Positions 1 to 8,463 are shown, counted from the stretch's first letter. The stretch is DNA of 32,000 nt from Dyadobacter sp. NIV53 (GCF_019711195.1 NZ_CP081299.1:3526276-3558275), one strand, 5' to 3'. A program made the numbers and translations. The notes: generated by a model not told the origin, from the sequence alone.

Positions 1-618
1 ATAACACAGAAGATATATGAATTACCAAACTTCCGGAGCAAGATTAATCTTTTGACGCATCTGCTTGAAGACCGCGAAGCTTTTAACCGTGTTTTGATAT
101 TCACGCGCAGCCGGGAAGTGGCAAGCCTCGTGTACCAGAATCTGCTCGACAGAGTGGTTTCCGAAGATGAATTACGCGTAATTCATGCCAATAAAGGACA
201 AAATACGCGTATCAATGCCATGGATGCATTTCGGGAAGGATCTGTTCGTGTAATGGTAGCGACAGATGTGGTAGCACGCGGAATTGACATTACAGAAGTT
301 AGCCATGTAATTAATTTTGACGTACCACTTATCTATGAAGATTATGTACACAGGATTGGCCGTACCGGAAGAGCGAACCATATTGGCCAGGCGATTACAT
401 TTATTACTGATGCAGATGAGTATCATATCCATAAGATCGAAAAAATGATCCGGATGGAAATTCCGCGCGAACAATTACCTGAAGATCTTGATGTGGTATC
501 AACTCCTCATGACGAAAGACAGGATATGCTACGGGAAATTGATAATCAGAAACGCAAGGAAGACCCTACATTTTTAGGTGCGTTTCATGAAAAAAGAAGG
601 TTTACAGGCCGTCGATGA
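1..618 (+). CDS. DEAD-box ATP-dependent RNA helicase, C-terminal part (5' end lies outside the window)
   Basis: Frame 1 is open from base 1 (ITQKIYELPNFRSKINLL...) into ORF 52..618. Helicase-C motifs are present: ATDVVARGIDI (motif V) and HRIGRTGR (motif VI). Stop is TGA at 616-618. Confidence 0.9.
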   Translation: MTQKIYELPNFRSKINLLTHLLEDREAFNRVLIFTRSREVASLVYQNLLDRVVSEDELRVIHANKGQNTRINAMDAFREGSVRVMVATDVVARGIDITEVSHVINFDVPLIYEDYVHRIGRTGRANHIGQAITFITDADEYHIHKIEKMIRMEIPREQLPEDLDVVSTPHDERQDMLREIDNQKRKEDPTFLGAFHEKRRFTGRR

Positions 619-748
619 AATCTCCGGGCAAGAACCAAAAGTCGGGACGGCAGCCTTCTGCACGAACTAAAAGAAGATAATACAATACATTTCCAATTAT
701 TCCGTTTATCTTGGACAATAGAAAATCAGTTCTCTATTAAAGCTTTTT

Positions 749-1488
749 ATGAAAGACTCTTTTGTCATTTGGCTTGCTCTTTTACTTCCTGGTCTTGGTT
801 TTGCACAGGAAAATCATTTAGCCAGTGCCCTGCCTTCTTCCGATACAAATGTTGCCTCAAAAAGACCTTTAGAATTAAAGGAGCGGCGTGTTTTACCATT
901 GTTTGGTGAACTAAGTAAAACTTCTGTACAGATTGATGAAGAAATTCGTTTTTTAAGTGAATGTGATAAATCATTTTCCAGCCGTACGGAAGCCAGCAGC
1001 TTTTTTACTGCACGCGCATGGGAATATTTACAGGAAGGCGCACTTGATACTGCTTGTTACCGGTTCAATCTTGCTAATTTACTGAACGATAAGAATGTAG
1101 AAGCTTATTGGGGCTTAGGTGTTGTCTCGTATCAGAGAGAGAATTGGACTGATGCCAAACGTATGCTAAGTAAGGGAGTTAACCTACAGGAAACAATGTT
1201 GCATTGCTGGTTGACCTTTCTACTGTTGACCTTAAATTATACGCCCTTACCAACAGTCAGCAAGAACTTGACGAGGCAGCAAATCTGTTAAAACAAGCAA
1301 CTGGGCTGGATTCTACCTATGCTTTGGGACAGTACAATCTGGCTCTTTTGCACTACAATCGTAATGAACTGGATAAATCCTGGGAAGCACTGCACAAAGG
1401 ACGAATGCTTGATTTCAATCAGATGAATATTCAGTTTGTTGAACTGTTAAAAGCTAAAATGCCTGATCCGTTAGGATTTTTTAAGTAG
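749..1488 (+). pseudogene. Secreted TPR-like repeat protein, reading frame broken near 1190
   Basis: ORFs 749..1291 and 1204..1488 overlap in different frames. Together they read as one protein with a signal peptide (MKDSFVIWLALLLPGLGFAQ). It has TPR-like units (AYWGLGVVSYQRENWTDAKRML and YALGQYNLALLHYNRNELDKSW). Adding one A to the A3 run at 1191-1193 gives the seamless junction ...KGVNLQENNVALLVDLS... Confidence 0.7.
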
Positions 1489-1516
1489 ATTTGTACTAAA
1501 ATATAGTTATAACGAG

Positions 1517-1542
1517 AGTCTCCCGAAATGGAGACTTTTTTT
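1517..1542 (+). terminator. Rho-independent terminator after the TPR gene
   Basis: Stem agtctcc (1517-1523), loop cgaaat, stem ggagact (1530-1536), then a T6 run (1537-1542). Confidence 0.65.
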
Positions 1543-1914
1543 GTAACCGTTAAATAAGTTTTTGGGATAAAAATTTTCGGCAATTTTATTTTGTGTAATT
1601 TAATATAATGAATATCAAGGCATTATTGCTATTCACACTCTATCTTCGCCTTTTTACAAGCCTTGCCAATTTATAGGAAGTAAAACGATTATTTTGATCG
1701 TCATAAGCAAATTCTTTTCAGTCATGACAATCTAAACGTAGCCATTTTTTAGGCCACGTGATGTGACTTGTGCGGGAAGAAAACGCCGTTCTTTGAAAAT
1801 CTGGAAAAATCAGTACCGTTAAAGAATACGGGTACTATCATACTATCAGAGAATTTAATACTACCCTATTAATAAAAAGAATCAAACTCAACGATTAACA
1901 TAAACTTTAAAAGT

Positions 1915-2535
1915 ATGAAAAAGTTCGTACCACTTCTCACTACAATTGTATTGTCTGTTATCCTGACTGGTATGTGTTTAAAAGATGATGGCTATAAGAT
2001 TGGCGACGAGGTCCAGAATTTTAGCCTGATGAACGTGAATGGAGAAATGGTCTCCCTTACGGACAAACAATATGTGAAGGGTTATATTATTGCTTTTACC
2101 AGTAACACTTGCCCGGTTTCAAAGGCCTATGAAAACCGTATTATGGCCCTGAACGAGAAATTTGAACCTAGGGGCTATCCGGTTATAGCTATTCAGGCAA
2201 ATGATGTAAGAAATTCCCCGGCAGATTCATATAGTGCAATGCAGCAGAAGTCTTATTCCAGAAACTACAGGTTTCCGTATTTATATGACGAAGATCAGTC
2301 GGTAACAAGGGCATTTGGTGCAACCAGTACGCCCCAAATGTTTGTGTTACACCTTAGAAATAACAGATACAAAGTTGCCTACATTGGTGCGCTTGATAAT
2401 AACCAGGCAAGTGCTTTTGCTGCGAGCCAGCGATATGTTGAAAATGCAGTGAACGAACTTCTTGCAGGAAGACCAGTGTCTCTTCCTTCGGCAAGAGCGG
2501 TTGGATGCGGAATTAAATGGAAAAAATCTGTTTAA
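1915..2535 (+). CDS. Thioredoxin-fold redoxin (TlpA / AhpC-TSA-like thiol-disulfide oxidoreductase family)
   Basis: N-terminal hydrophobic anchor or signal (LLTTIVLSVILTG). Redoxin-type active-site region FTSNTCPVS and a downstream TPQMFVL strand typical of TlpA-like proteins. Clean ATG start. Confidence 0.75.
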   Translation: MKKFVPLLTTIVLSVILTGMCLKDDGYKIGDEVQNFSLMNVNGEMVSLTDKQYVKGYIIAFTSNTCPVSKAYENRIMALNEKFEPRGYPVIAIQANDVRNSPADSYSAMQQKSYSRNYRFPYLYDEDQSVTRAFGATSTPQMFVLHLRNNRYKVAYIGALDNNQASAFAASQRYVENAVNELLAGRPVSLPSARAVGCGIKWKKSV

Positions 2536-2551
2536 ATTTTTACAAAAGTCA

Positions 2552-2596
2552 GGAAGTCAACATTACTTTCAAAAATGAAAGGTCGTGTTGGCTTCC
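2552..2596. terminator. Long interrupted hairpin between convergent genes (likely bidirectional terminator)
   Basis: Outer arms are ggaagtcaaca (2552-2562) and tgttggcttcc (2586-2596), 11 bp with one G-T pair. Inner arms are ctttc/gaaag. It lies between the stops at 2535 (+) and 2615 (-). Confidence 0.45.
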
Positions 2597-2614
2597 CGAA
2601 AATTCTATTCTACA

Positions 2615-3943
2615 TCATTTTTTTCTCAACTGTACTTTCCTGAAAAAGTAGCTGTTTGCTGCTATGAATAAAATCACGCCCAATGAAATAAAAACGGTAT
2701 TCCAGAGTGCTGAAAACCCAACAAAAGTTTCGCTGCCGTCCAAAGCCAGTTCATATTTAATTCCGAACCTTTCCGCAGTAGTTGTTTGGCGGTCAAATGG
2801 TAGCGCCTCGTCGTAATCGGACTTACCGATAAACTGGTCATTTACATCTATATAACCATATTTATCTCCAACACGTACCATAGAAGTACCGTTGTTATAA
2901 TAAGATGCAAACTCGTACTTCAATGGCGTTCTGATTTTTCCGGACTTATCAATATGCCCGAATTTTCCATTGATAGCCACCGCCGCACGGTCTTCCTTAG
3001 TAAAACCGCTGGCCTCATCATATAGGAAAGCGATTCTGGTTTTTCCGGTTTTATCAATACACCCCCATTTATTATTTTTCTTTACCCAAAATAAGCCGGC
3101 TGTCGGCTTCCGTGTATCCGAATAAATAAATGGTGTGACCAGTTCTCCGGTAAAGACGTTTATAAAGGCATATTTTTCTCCATATTTTACCCGCTCCATA
3201 CCTTGTCCCGAAAACTTGTATTTGGGGTCAATATCGTCCAGTGCTACCGGAATGCGTAATATCAGATTTTTGTCAACAATACCATATTTCCCTTTATACA
3301 GGAAGTGGTAAATTCCTTTGGATTCTTTTATTTCTTTTTCAATAAAAGTGCTGAAATTCCAGTTTAACAAAAATATTTCCTTTTGTTTCCACCAGATAAT
3401 ATCCTCTTTGGTATCGCGGTTACAAACAAAATCTATAACAGCTTTTGATTTCAGGAAGTCATTTTTGAAATATTCTATGGGAATTCTGTAAATGGTTTTT
3501 CCTACGGAATCAATATAGGAAAGCCCGTACTGTTTTCCGGCAGAATAAATTACCCATGTTTTGCCCTTGTAGAATTTGTCAGTGGCGAGATAAACAGGTG
3601 GAATTACGACTTTCCCTTGTTGGTTGATAAAACCATGAAGTCCTTGTTTATGCTCACTTGTTTCAAAAGGTACAAATTCAGCCAATCCATCTGAAAAATC
3701 ACCAATATCCCGGTATGCCGGTGTAAGTTTGCTACCGTTTTTATCAACCAGAAAACTTTGATAAGTCCGGCAGGGAACATCAATTTTTTTGACTGCATAA
3801 ACGCTGCCATATTCACGATGTTCTGTGTATTGTTTGAGCCATGATTTGTCCTGAGCAAAAACTACATGGATAAATACCTGATTGAAAACTAATAAGAAGA
3901 AAAAGAAGGATGAATACCGGCTGGCAGACTGAAATATTTTCAC
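2615..3943 (-). CDS. WG (KWG) repeat-containing protein with N-terminal signal and C-terminal membrane anchor
   Basis: Repeated units KWGCIDKTGK, KFGHIDKSGK, KYGYIDVNDQ, KYGIVDKN and KYAFINVFTGE. The only possible start is GTG at 3943, because TAA lies two codons upstream. C-terminal hydrophobic helix WNTVFISLGVILFIAANSYFF. Confidence 0.8.
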   Translation of the reverse strand: MKIFQSASRYSSFFFFLLVFNQVFIHVVFAQDKSWLKQYTEHREYGSVYAVKKIDVPCRTYQSFLVDKNGSKLTPAYRDIGDFSDGLAEFVPFETSEHKQGLHGFINQQGKVVIPPVYLATDKFYKGKTWVIYSAGKQYGLSYIDSVGKTIYRIPIEYFKNDFLKSKAVIDFVCNRDTKEDIIWWKQKEIFLLNWNFSTFIEKEIKESKGIYHFLYKGKYGIVDKNLILRIPVALDDIDPKYKFSGQGMERVKYGEKYAFINVFTGELVTPFIYSDTRKPTAGLFWVKKNNKWGCIDKTGKTRIAFLYDEASGFTKEDRAAVAINGKFGHIDKSGKIRTPLKYEFASYYNNGTSMVRVGDKYGYIDVNDQFIGKSDYDEALPFDRQTTTAERFGIKYELALDGSETFVGFSALWNTVFISLGVILFIAANSYFFRKVQLRKK

Positions 3944-3994
3944 TGTTTATTTTTGATCATTCCTGAGTAAGTTTAACAGAAACGAATATAGTCA

Positions 3995-4025
3995 GAGAAG
4001 TCAAGTTTTAAAAACCTGACTTCTC
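3995..4025. repeat. Palindromic intergenic element, copy A (GAGAAGTCAAGTTTT / AAAAACCTGACTTCTC)
   Basis: Near-perfect hairpin with a single A-C mismatch, 24 nt downstream of the stop of the minus-strand gene ending at 4049. The same core recurs at 17037-17065. Confidence 0.6.
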
Positions 4026-4048
4026 CTGAACGCGTGAATTCAAATACT

Positions 4049-5140
4049 TTATCTAAAGAAAAATCCAGTCGGAGCAATTCCTACTTTAACCGAATCAACC
4101 AAAGTGCCATCCGTACGGTAACGAACCGCGTAACCGGATTGCGCATAGGATGGAGTAACTCCAGCATAAATCAAACCCTGCAAAGGATCAACAGCCAAAC
4201 CGCTGAAATTTCGCTTAATCACTGGGGTAGTTATATTGACCTGCGTATCAGTAATTCCGACTTTGTAGGTTTCTCCATGCGTTACGAAATTTGCGTCATA
4301 ATAAGAAAGCACAAAGAATATCGTTTTTTTATCGAGACTGAATGCAAAATTCCCTGCCGTTTTGGTTGCATCCGTAGTAATTTTCAAAGTAGCTTCCGTA
4401 GCATATGTATCAGGATTCAAACGAAGAAGGTTGAGTCCGTCCTGAACCCAAATTTTTCCATTAGCATCGACTCCAATTGGGGAAGGACTGCTGGTAAGAG
4501 TTAATTCCTTTACAATTTCGTTTGATGAAGTACTGATTGCAGTAAGTGAATTAACCCCACTGTAATTAACGGTTCCAACGAACAACTTTCCATTGTTGTA
4601 AACAATATTTTCAATTCCTTTTGCCACTGAGATCTTTTTGGTCACTTTACGGGTTGCCAGGTCAATTACAGCAACATATCCCGGATTGATAAAGAAATCG
4701 GGATATTGACCGGTTGTTCCCCAACATGTAACGTAAGCAGTTGACGAATTCAAAAACACCACTTCTCTTGGATTTTCAATATCCGGCGCACCAATCGTTC
4801 CTTCGCTTTTAAATGTATTACTGTTTACAATTTCAACTTTATCTAATCCTGCCGCATTGTTATCAACCAGGATAATCCCTTTTTCACCTGAAACAGCATA
4901 GCCCTGAACGCCTCCTTTTAAATCTGAACCGTTTATTTTAGCAAAAACATCTGTTTCGGCAGTTGATTCTTCCCGTGGAAAAAAAGAGACACTACCATTA
5001 TTCTGAGAGAAATTCCCTTCGTTAATTACAAATACCCCGCTAACAAAATCCCCCTTTGCAACCGGATCACTTTGATTACATGACCACACTGTGAAGGCTA
5101 ATGATGCTGCTAAGACTGTTCTGGTTAATTGTTTTTTCAT
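4049..5140 (-). CDS. YncE/DUF5074-like beta-propeller surface lipoprotein
   Basis: ATG at 5140 gives MKKQLTRTVLAASLAFTVWSC, a lipoprotein signal ending in Cys. The motif GVFVINEGNFSQNNGSVSFF and the repetitive beta-strand pattern are typical of this family. It lies directly downstream of the riboswitch-controlled TonB receptor. Confidence 0.65.
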   Translation of the reverse strand: MKKQLTRTVLAASLAFTVWSCNQSDPVAKGDFVSGVFVINEGNFSQNNGSVSFFPREESTAETDVFAKINGSDLKGGVQGYAVSGEKGIILVDNNAAGLDKVEIVNSNTFKSEGTIGAPDIENPREVVFLNSSTAYVTCWGTTGQYPDFFINPGYVAVIDLATRKVTKKISVAKGIENIVYNNGKLFVGTVNYSGVNSLTAISTSSNEIVKELTLTSSPSPIGVDANGKIWVQDGLNLLRLNPDTYATEATLKITTDATKTAGNFAFSLDKKTIFFVLSYYDANFVTHGETYKVGITDTQVNITTPVIKRNFSGLAVDPLQGLIYAGVTPSYAQSGYAVRYRTDGTLVDSVKVGIAPTGFFFR

Positions 5141-5265
5141 GCTTGTTCTGGTTGTTAAATTGAAGCTTAGCAATTGGCGGCTAGGCCAGTAGCTCTTAGC
5201 TCGATTTCTAGATGTAAAACTGATTTATACTTATTTAAAATTTTAAAAATTCTTCCTTTTTCTGC

Positions 5266-7197
5266 CTAATTATTTCTGTTTGAATTATAACTTAACAGCA
5301 AATTAACGGCAAAACTTCTTCCCGGCATTGCATTATTTCTCACATTAAGATAAAACGTATTTGTTATGTTATTCACTTGCCCCTGAATCCGGATTTGTGC
5401 TTTATTCCAATCCAACGTTGTTTCAGCCAATAAGTTACCTAATGCGTAAGGCTCAAAAAACCGGGAATTATCAAATGTTGTGAACCGCTTTCCCACAGAC
5501 TGAATTTGCGCTGTAAGCCTTGTATTTTTGTACTGAATGAATCCATTAAAATTACCCGAATGTTGTGGTACAAAAACCAGCTGCTTTCCAATTATATCAG
5601 ATGCGTAAGCATCATAAATCTTTTCCTGCGAACTTCTGGTCAGTGCGTATCCCACATTTGCACCGCCTTTCCATAATCCCATATTTCCTTTCCAGCCGGC
5701 CTGCAATTCAATTCCTCTTGCCAAAACTTCCTGAAGATTCTCAACTTTGTAATTTTTGGCAGGATTCCAGTATGTCCAGTTTTTAATCCGGTTATGATAC
5801 GCAGTTAATGACATTGAGTACGAATGGCTATCGCTAAGTATATAGTTTTGCTCTAAACCAATTTCCTTATTCCAGCCACTTTCAGGTTTAATATTCGGAT
5901 TCCCAAGATCTTTCCAATAACGTTCGTTCAGAGTTGGCACCCGATAACTTCTTGAAGAAGAACCTTTTATTTTTAAATTATATTTTTTTTGCTGTATTAA
6001 TCCATATTCTGTTCCTAATGACGGCGTGAACGGAGGATTGTATCCGGTTACAAAGGCCTGCCTCAGATTAGCAGAAATAAGCAATTTTGATGTTGCCTGG
6101 AAACGAGTTAATACAAACAAATCTCCTCTGTTTTCAGTAATCAGCGGCTCTTCATATCCCGATAATTGTGCGCGGTAATGCGTCCATTCCCCTCCTGCTT
6201 TTATCTGAATAGTACTTCCGGCCTGGCCTATATTCCAGTTAAAGTCTTTTTCAACACGATTGGAAAACTTATCGGTTACAGCATGATCCAGATTCACATA
6301 ATTACCTGTTCCATAATCAATTATATCCCGAACCCATGAAGTACGGATTGTAAACTCCTTCCATTGATAGCGGATCATTGTCCTGTATGCTTCCGTCAAG
6401 GTAAGTTCCCGGCCGTCTGTTTCCCTGGGAGTCAGCGTTAACCGGTTCTTTGTAAGCCAGATATGCGCCGAAAATTCCTGGTTATTCTTTGATCTCAGAA
6501 AAAAATCCTGAACCAATCCACGCTGAAAAGTTTCTGACGGAAGCAGCGGATATCCCTGTCTTTCCTTATAAGGAAAGCGATTGACCAGCCGGCTGTAATT
6601 AATGGAAGTCTTTCCTGAAAAATCCCAGTTATTATTGAGCCGGGTTCCATATTTAAAGCCGATTTGTTCCTGATTATTCCGAAAATTATCAAGCTGACTT
6701 CCTGCAAATACATATAATCCCGAAGGTTGCGCTAAACTGTTCAGCAAAATACTCCCGCCAACTGCATCCGTTCCCACAATACTGGCTGCGGAACCATACT
6801 GAACCGAAAGCTGGTCAAATCCGGCAACAGGAATCGTAGAAAAATCCGTTTGTCCGAGCGTCGGGGAATTAATATTTAATCCGTTCCACAATACAGCAGT
6901 ATGGTTTGCAGAAGTTCCGCGAAAAGAAACTGTGTTTAATTGCCCGGGACCGTAATTTTTAAATGCAATAGGCGTATTGAACGAAAGCAAATCACCCAGA
7001 TTCTGAAAACGAAACTGATTCAAAGCAGCGGAATCAATTTTTTGTATTTTCAAACCACTCATAAAACGTTCAGGCACAAAACCAGTTACTGTAACAGGTG
7101 CCAAAAATATTGTATCATGCTGAGCCATCAGATTGCCCGTTATGGCAAAGCCGATCACTGTTACAAGAATCACACGAATCCGGCAGCTGTTACTCAC
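5266..7197 (-). CDS. btuB: TonB-dependent outer-membrane receptor, BtuB-like (vitamin B12 type)
   Basis: 643 aa with a GTG start and signal peptide. Plug-domain region (PVTVTG ... VSFRGTSANHTAVLWNGLNINSPTLGQTDFSTIP) followed by a long beta-barrel. It is immediately preceded by a cobalamin riboswitch. Confidence 0.8.
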   Translation of the reverse strand: MSNSCRIRVILVTVIGFAITGNLMAQHDTIFLAPVTVTGFVPERFMSGLKIQKIDSAALNQFRFQNLGDLLSFNTPIAFKNYGPGQLNTVSFRGTSANHTAVLWNGLNINSPTLGQTDFSTIPVAGFDQLSVQYGSAASIVGTDAVGGSILLNSLAQPSGLYVFAGSQLDNFRNNQEQIGFKYGTRLNNNWDFSGKTSINYSRLVNRFPYKERQGYPLLPSETFQRGLVQDFFLRSKNNQEFSAHIWLTKNRLTLTPRETDGRELTLTEAYRTMIRYQWKEFTIRTSWVRDIIDYGTGNYVNLDHAVTDKFSNRVEKDFNWNIGQAGSTIQIKAGGEWTHYRAQLSGYEEPLITENRGDLFVLTRFQATSKLLISANLRQAFVTGYNPPFTPSLGTEYGLIQQKKYNLKIKGSSSRSYRVPTLNERYWKDLGNPNIKPESGWNKEIGLEQNYILSDSHSYSMSLTAYHNRIKNWTYWNPAKNYKVENLQEVLARGIELQAGWKGNMGLWKGGANVGYALTRSSQEKIYDAYASDIIGKQLVFVPQHSGNFNGFIQYKNTRLTAQIQSVGKRFTTFDNSRFFEPYALGNLLAETTLDWNKAQIRIQGQVNNITNTFYLNVRNNAMPGRSFAVNLLLSYNSNRNN

Positions 7198-7235
7198 AAT
7201 AAACTAATAAATGAACCATAATATCAATCGTTTCG

Positions 7236-7460
7236 CGGCCTTTCCTCCGAAAGCCTGGAAATTTTATTTGCATCCATTCTGGCAGGTCTCCTGGCTTGTC
7301 TTATTAATCCTGCGCCTTCCCGTTTATTCAAAAAAACAGTGGCAATGAAGTTGTGGATCAACGTATTACAGACTTACAGTTGCGGGGACAGCTCCCGGTT
7401 TGAACGGGATTCCCTATTAAGCCAATATCCCGGTTCGAACCGGGAGCTGGCACCAAAAAC
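7236..7460 (-). promoter_or_regulatory. Cobalamin (B12) riboswitch
   Basis: All elements read on the minus strand. AAUAGGGAAUCCCGUUCAAACCGGGAGCUGUCCCCGCAACUGUAAG is the reverse complement of 7373-7418. GCCACUG is the reverse complement of 7337-7343 and GGGAAGGC of 7314-7321. The B12 box AGCCAGGAGACCUGCC is the reverse complement of 7281-7296. A bulged hairpin at 7237-7255 follows, just before the receptor start codon. Confidence 0.88.
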
Positions 7461-7464
7461 GATG

Positions 7465-7472
7465 CAAAGGTA
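7465..7472 (-). promoter_or_regulatory. Bacteroidetes-type -7 promoter box TACCTTTG for the riboswitch operon
   Basis: The reverse complement of caaaggta matches TAnnTTTG. It sits a few nt upstream of the first riboswitch helix. Confidence 0.45.
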
Positions 7473-7481
7473 AGACATTGT

Positions 7482-8459
7482 ATGTTATATTTGAATAAAA
7501 TATATCCCGTGGTCACTGCTATTACCAATCGCTTTTCTATTCCTGCCTCACAAAAAGGAGTTTTTCTCATGTTAGGTGCTGCTTTTTTCTTTGCACTGAC
7601 ATCCGCAATTTCAAAATGGATAGGAAAAGAATTTCATATTGTCCAGCTGGTTTTTTTCAGAAATATCGTCGGTGTAATATTTATTTTGTCTAGTATAAGA
7701 AGGCGTCCTTTTGAACAAAAAGGCGGCGGAAAACTCGGTTTGCTTATCTTTCGCGGTGTAATTGGTACACTTTCATTGTACCTGCTTTTTTACTCAATTC
7801 AAACTTTGGGGCTTGGCCGAGCTTCCACTTACCAATATACTTATCCCATTTTCCTTGCTTTATTTTCATGGCTGCTACTTGGTGAAACCCTAAATATGAA
7901 AGAATGGTCTGCTATTTTTGTCGGATTTCTGGGAATCCTGCTCGTATTCCGCCCCGATTTATCTTTATCCTGGCGCGAAAACTTACTTGGCCTGGGAAGT
8001 TCATTACTCACAGCTGTATCCTATCTGGCGATCAGGCAATTAGGCTGGGTATATGATTCGAGGGCTATCATTTTGTCTTTTATGCTGAGCGGAATTCTGC
8101 TACCGATTATTTCAATGCTGGTTGGCACCTATTATCCGATTGAAGAATTAGATTTTCTGATTGGTACTTTCAAATGGCCGCAAACGGCTATGCAATGGTT
8201 CGCCTTTCTCGCACTTGGCCTTACTGCATTGATGGGACAAAAAATGCTGACACAATCTTTCACCTACGACAAAGCGGGCCGCGTTGCAGCAGTTGGTTAT
8301 TCCAACATTTTATTTGCATCGATCCTCGGATTTTTAATGGATGAAGCAATTCCCTCACTTTCTATGCTTATTGGTATGGCTTTGATCGTAACCGGCGGCA
8401 TTCTGGTTTCATTTGCAAAAAGTAAAAAAGCAGAAGATATATCGTTGGCGCAGGATTAA
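7482..8459 (+). CDS. DMT-superfamily transporter (EamA family)
   Basis: About 10 predicted TM helices in two EamA-like halves (FALTSAISKWIG..., ...ALIVTGGILVSF). The start could be ATG 7482 or the internal ATG at 7569. Confidence 0.85.
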   Translation: MLYLNKIYPVVTAITNRFSIPASQKGVFLMLGAAFFFALTSAISKWIGKEFHIVQLVFFRNIVGVIFILSSIRRRPFEQKGGGKLGLLIFRGVIGTLSLYLLFYSIQTLGLGRASTYQYTYPIFLALFSWLLLGETLNMKEWSAIFVGFLGILLVFRPDLSLSWRENLLGLGSSLLTAVSYLAIRQLGWVYDSRAIILSFMLSGILLPIISMLVGTYYPIEELDFLIGTFKWPQTAMQWFAFLALGLTALMGQKMLTQSFTYDKAGRVAAVGYSNILFASILGFLMDEAIPSLSMLIGMALIVTGGILVSFAKSKKAEDISLAQD

Positions 8460-8463
8460 TGGT

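Noticed and set aside
1608-1676. 22-codon hydrophobic ORF, and a similar 36-codon ORF at 18641-18751
   Set aside because: Both lie in AT-rich spacers where such ORFs arise by chance, and neither has a recognisable start context. They are kept only as a note inside the spacer findings.
4034-4504. 156-aa plus-strand ORF
   Set aside because: It lies entirely antisense to the well-supported beta-propeller lipoprotein gene. The composition is Ser/Arg/Ile-rich and low in complexity, with no start context. This is a typical shadow ORF.
7430-7445. cccggttcgaaccggg, which resembles a tRNA T-arm (GGTTCGAA)
   Set aside because: There is no acceptor, D or anticodon arm around it. It is a helix of the cobalamin riboswitch.
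7358-7570. 70-aa minus-strand ORF
   Set aside because: It runs straight through the conserved cobalamin riboswitch core and its promoter. The RNA element explains the sequence conservation better.
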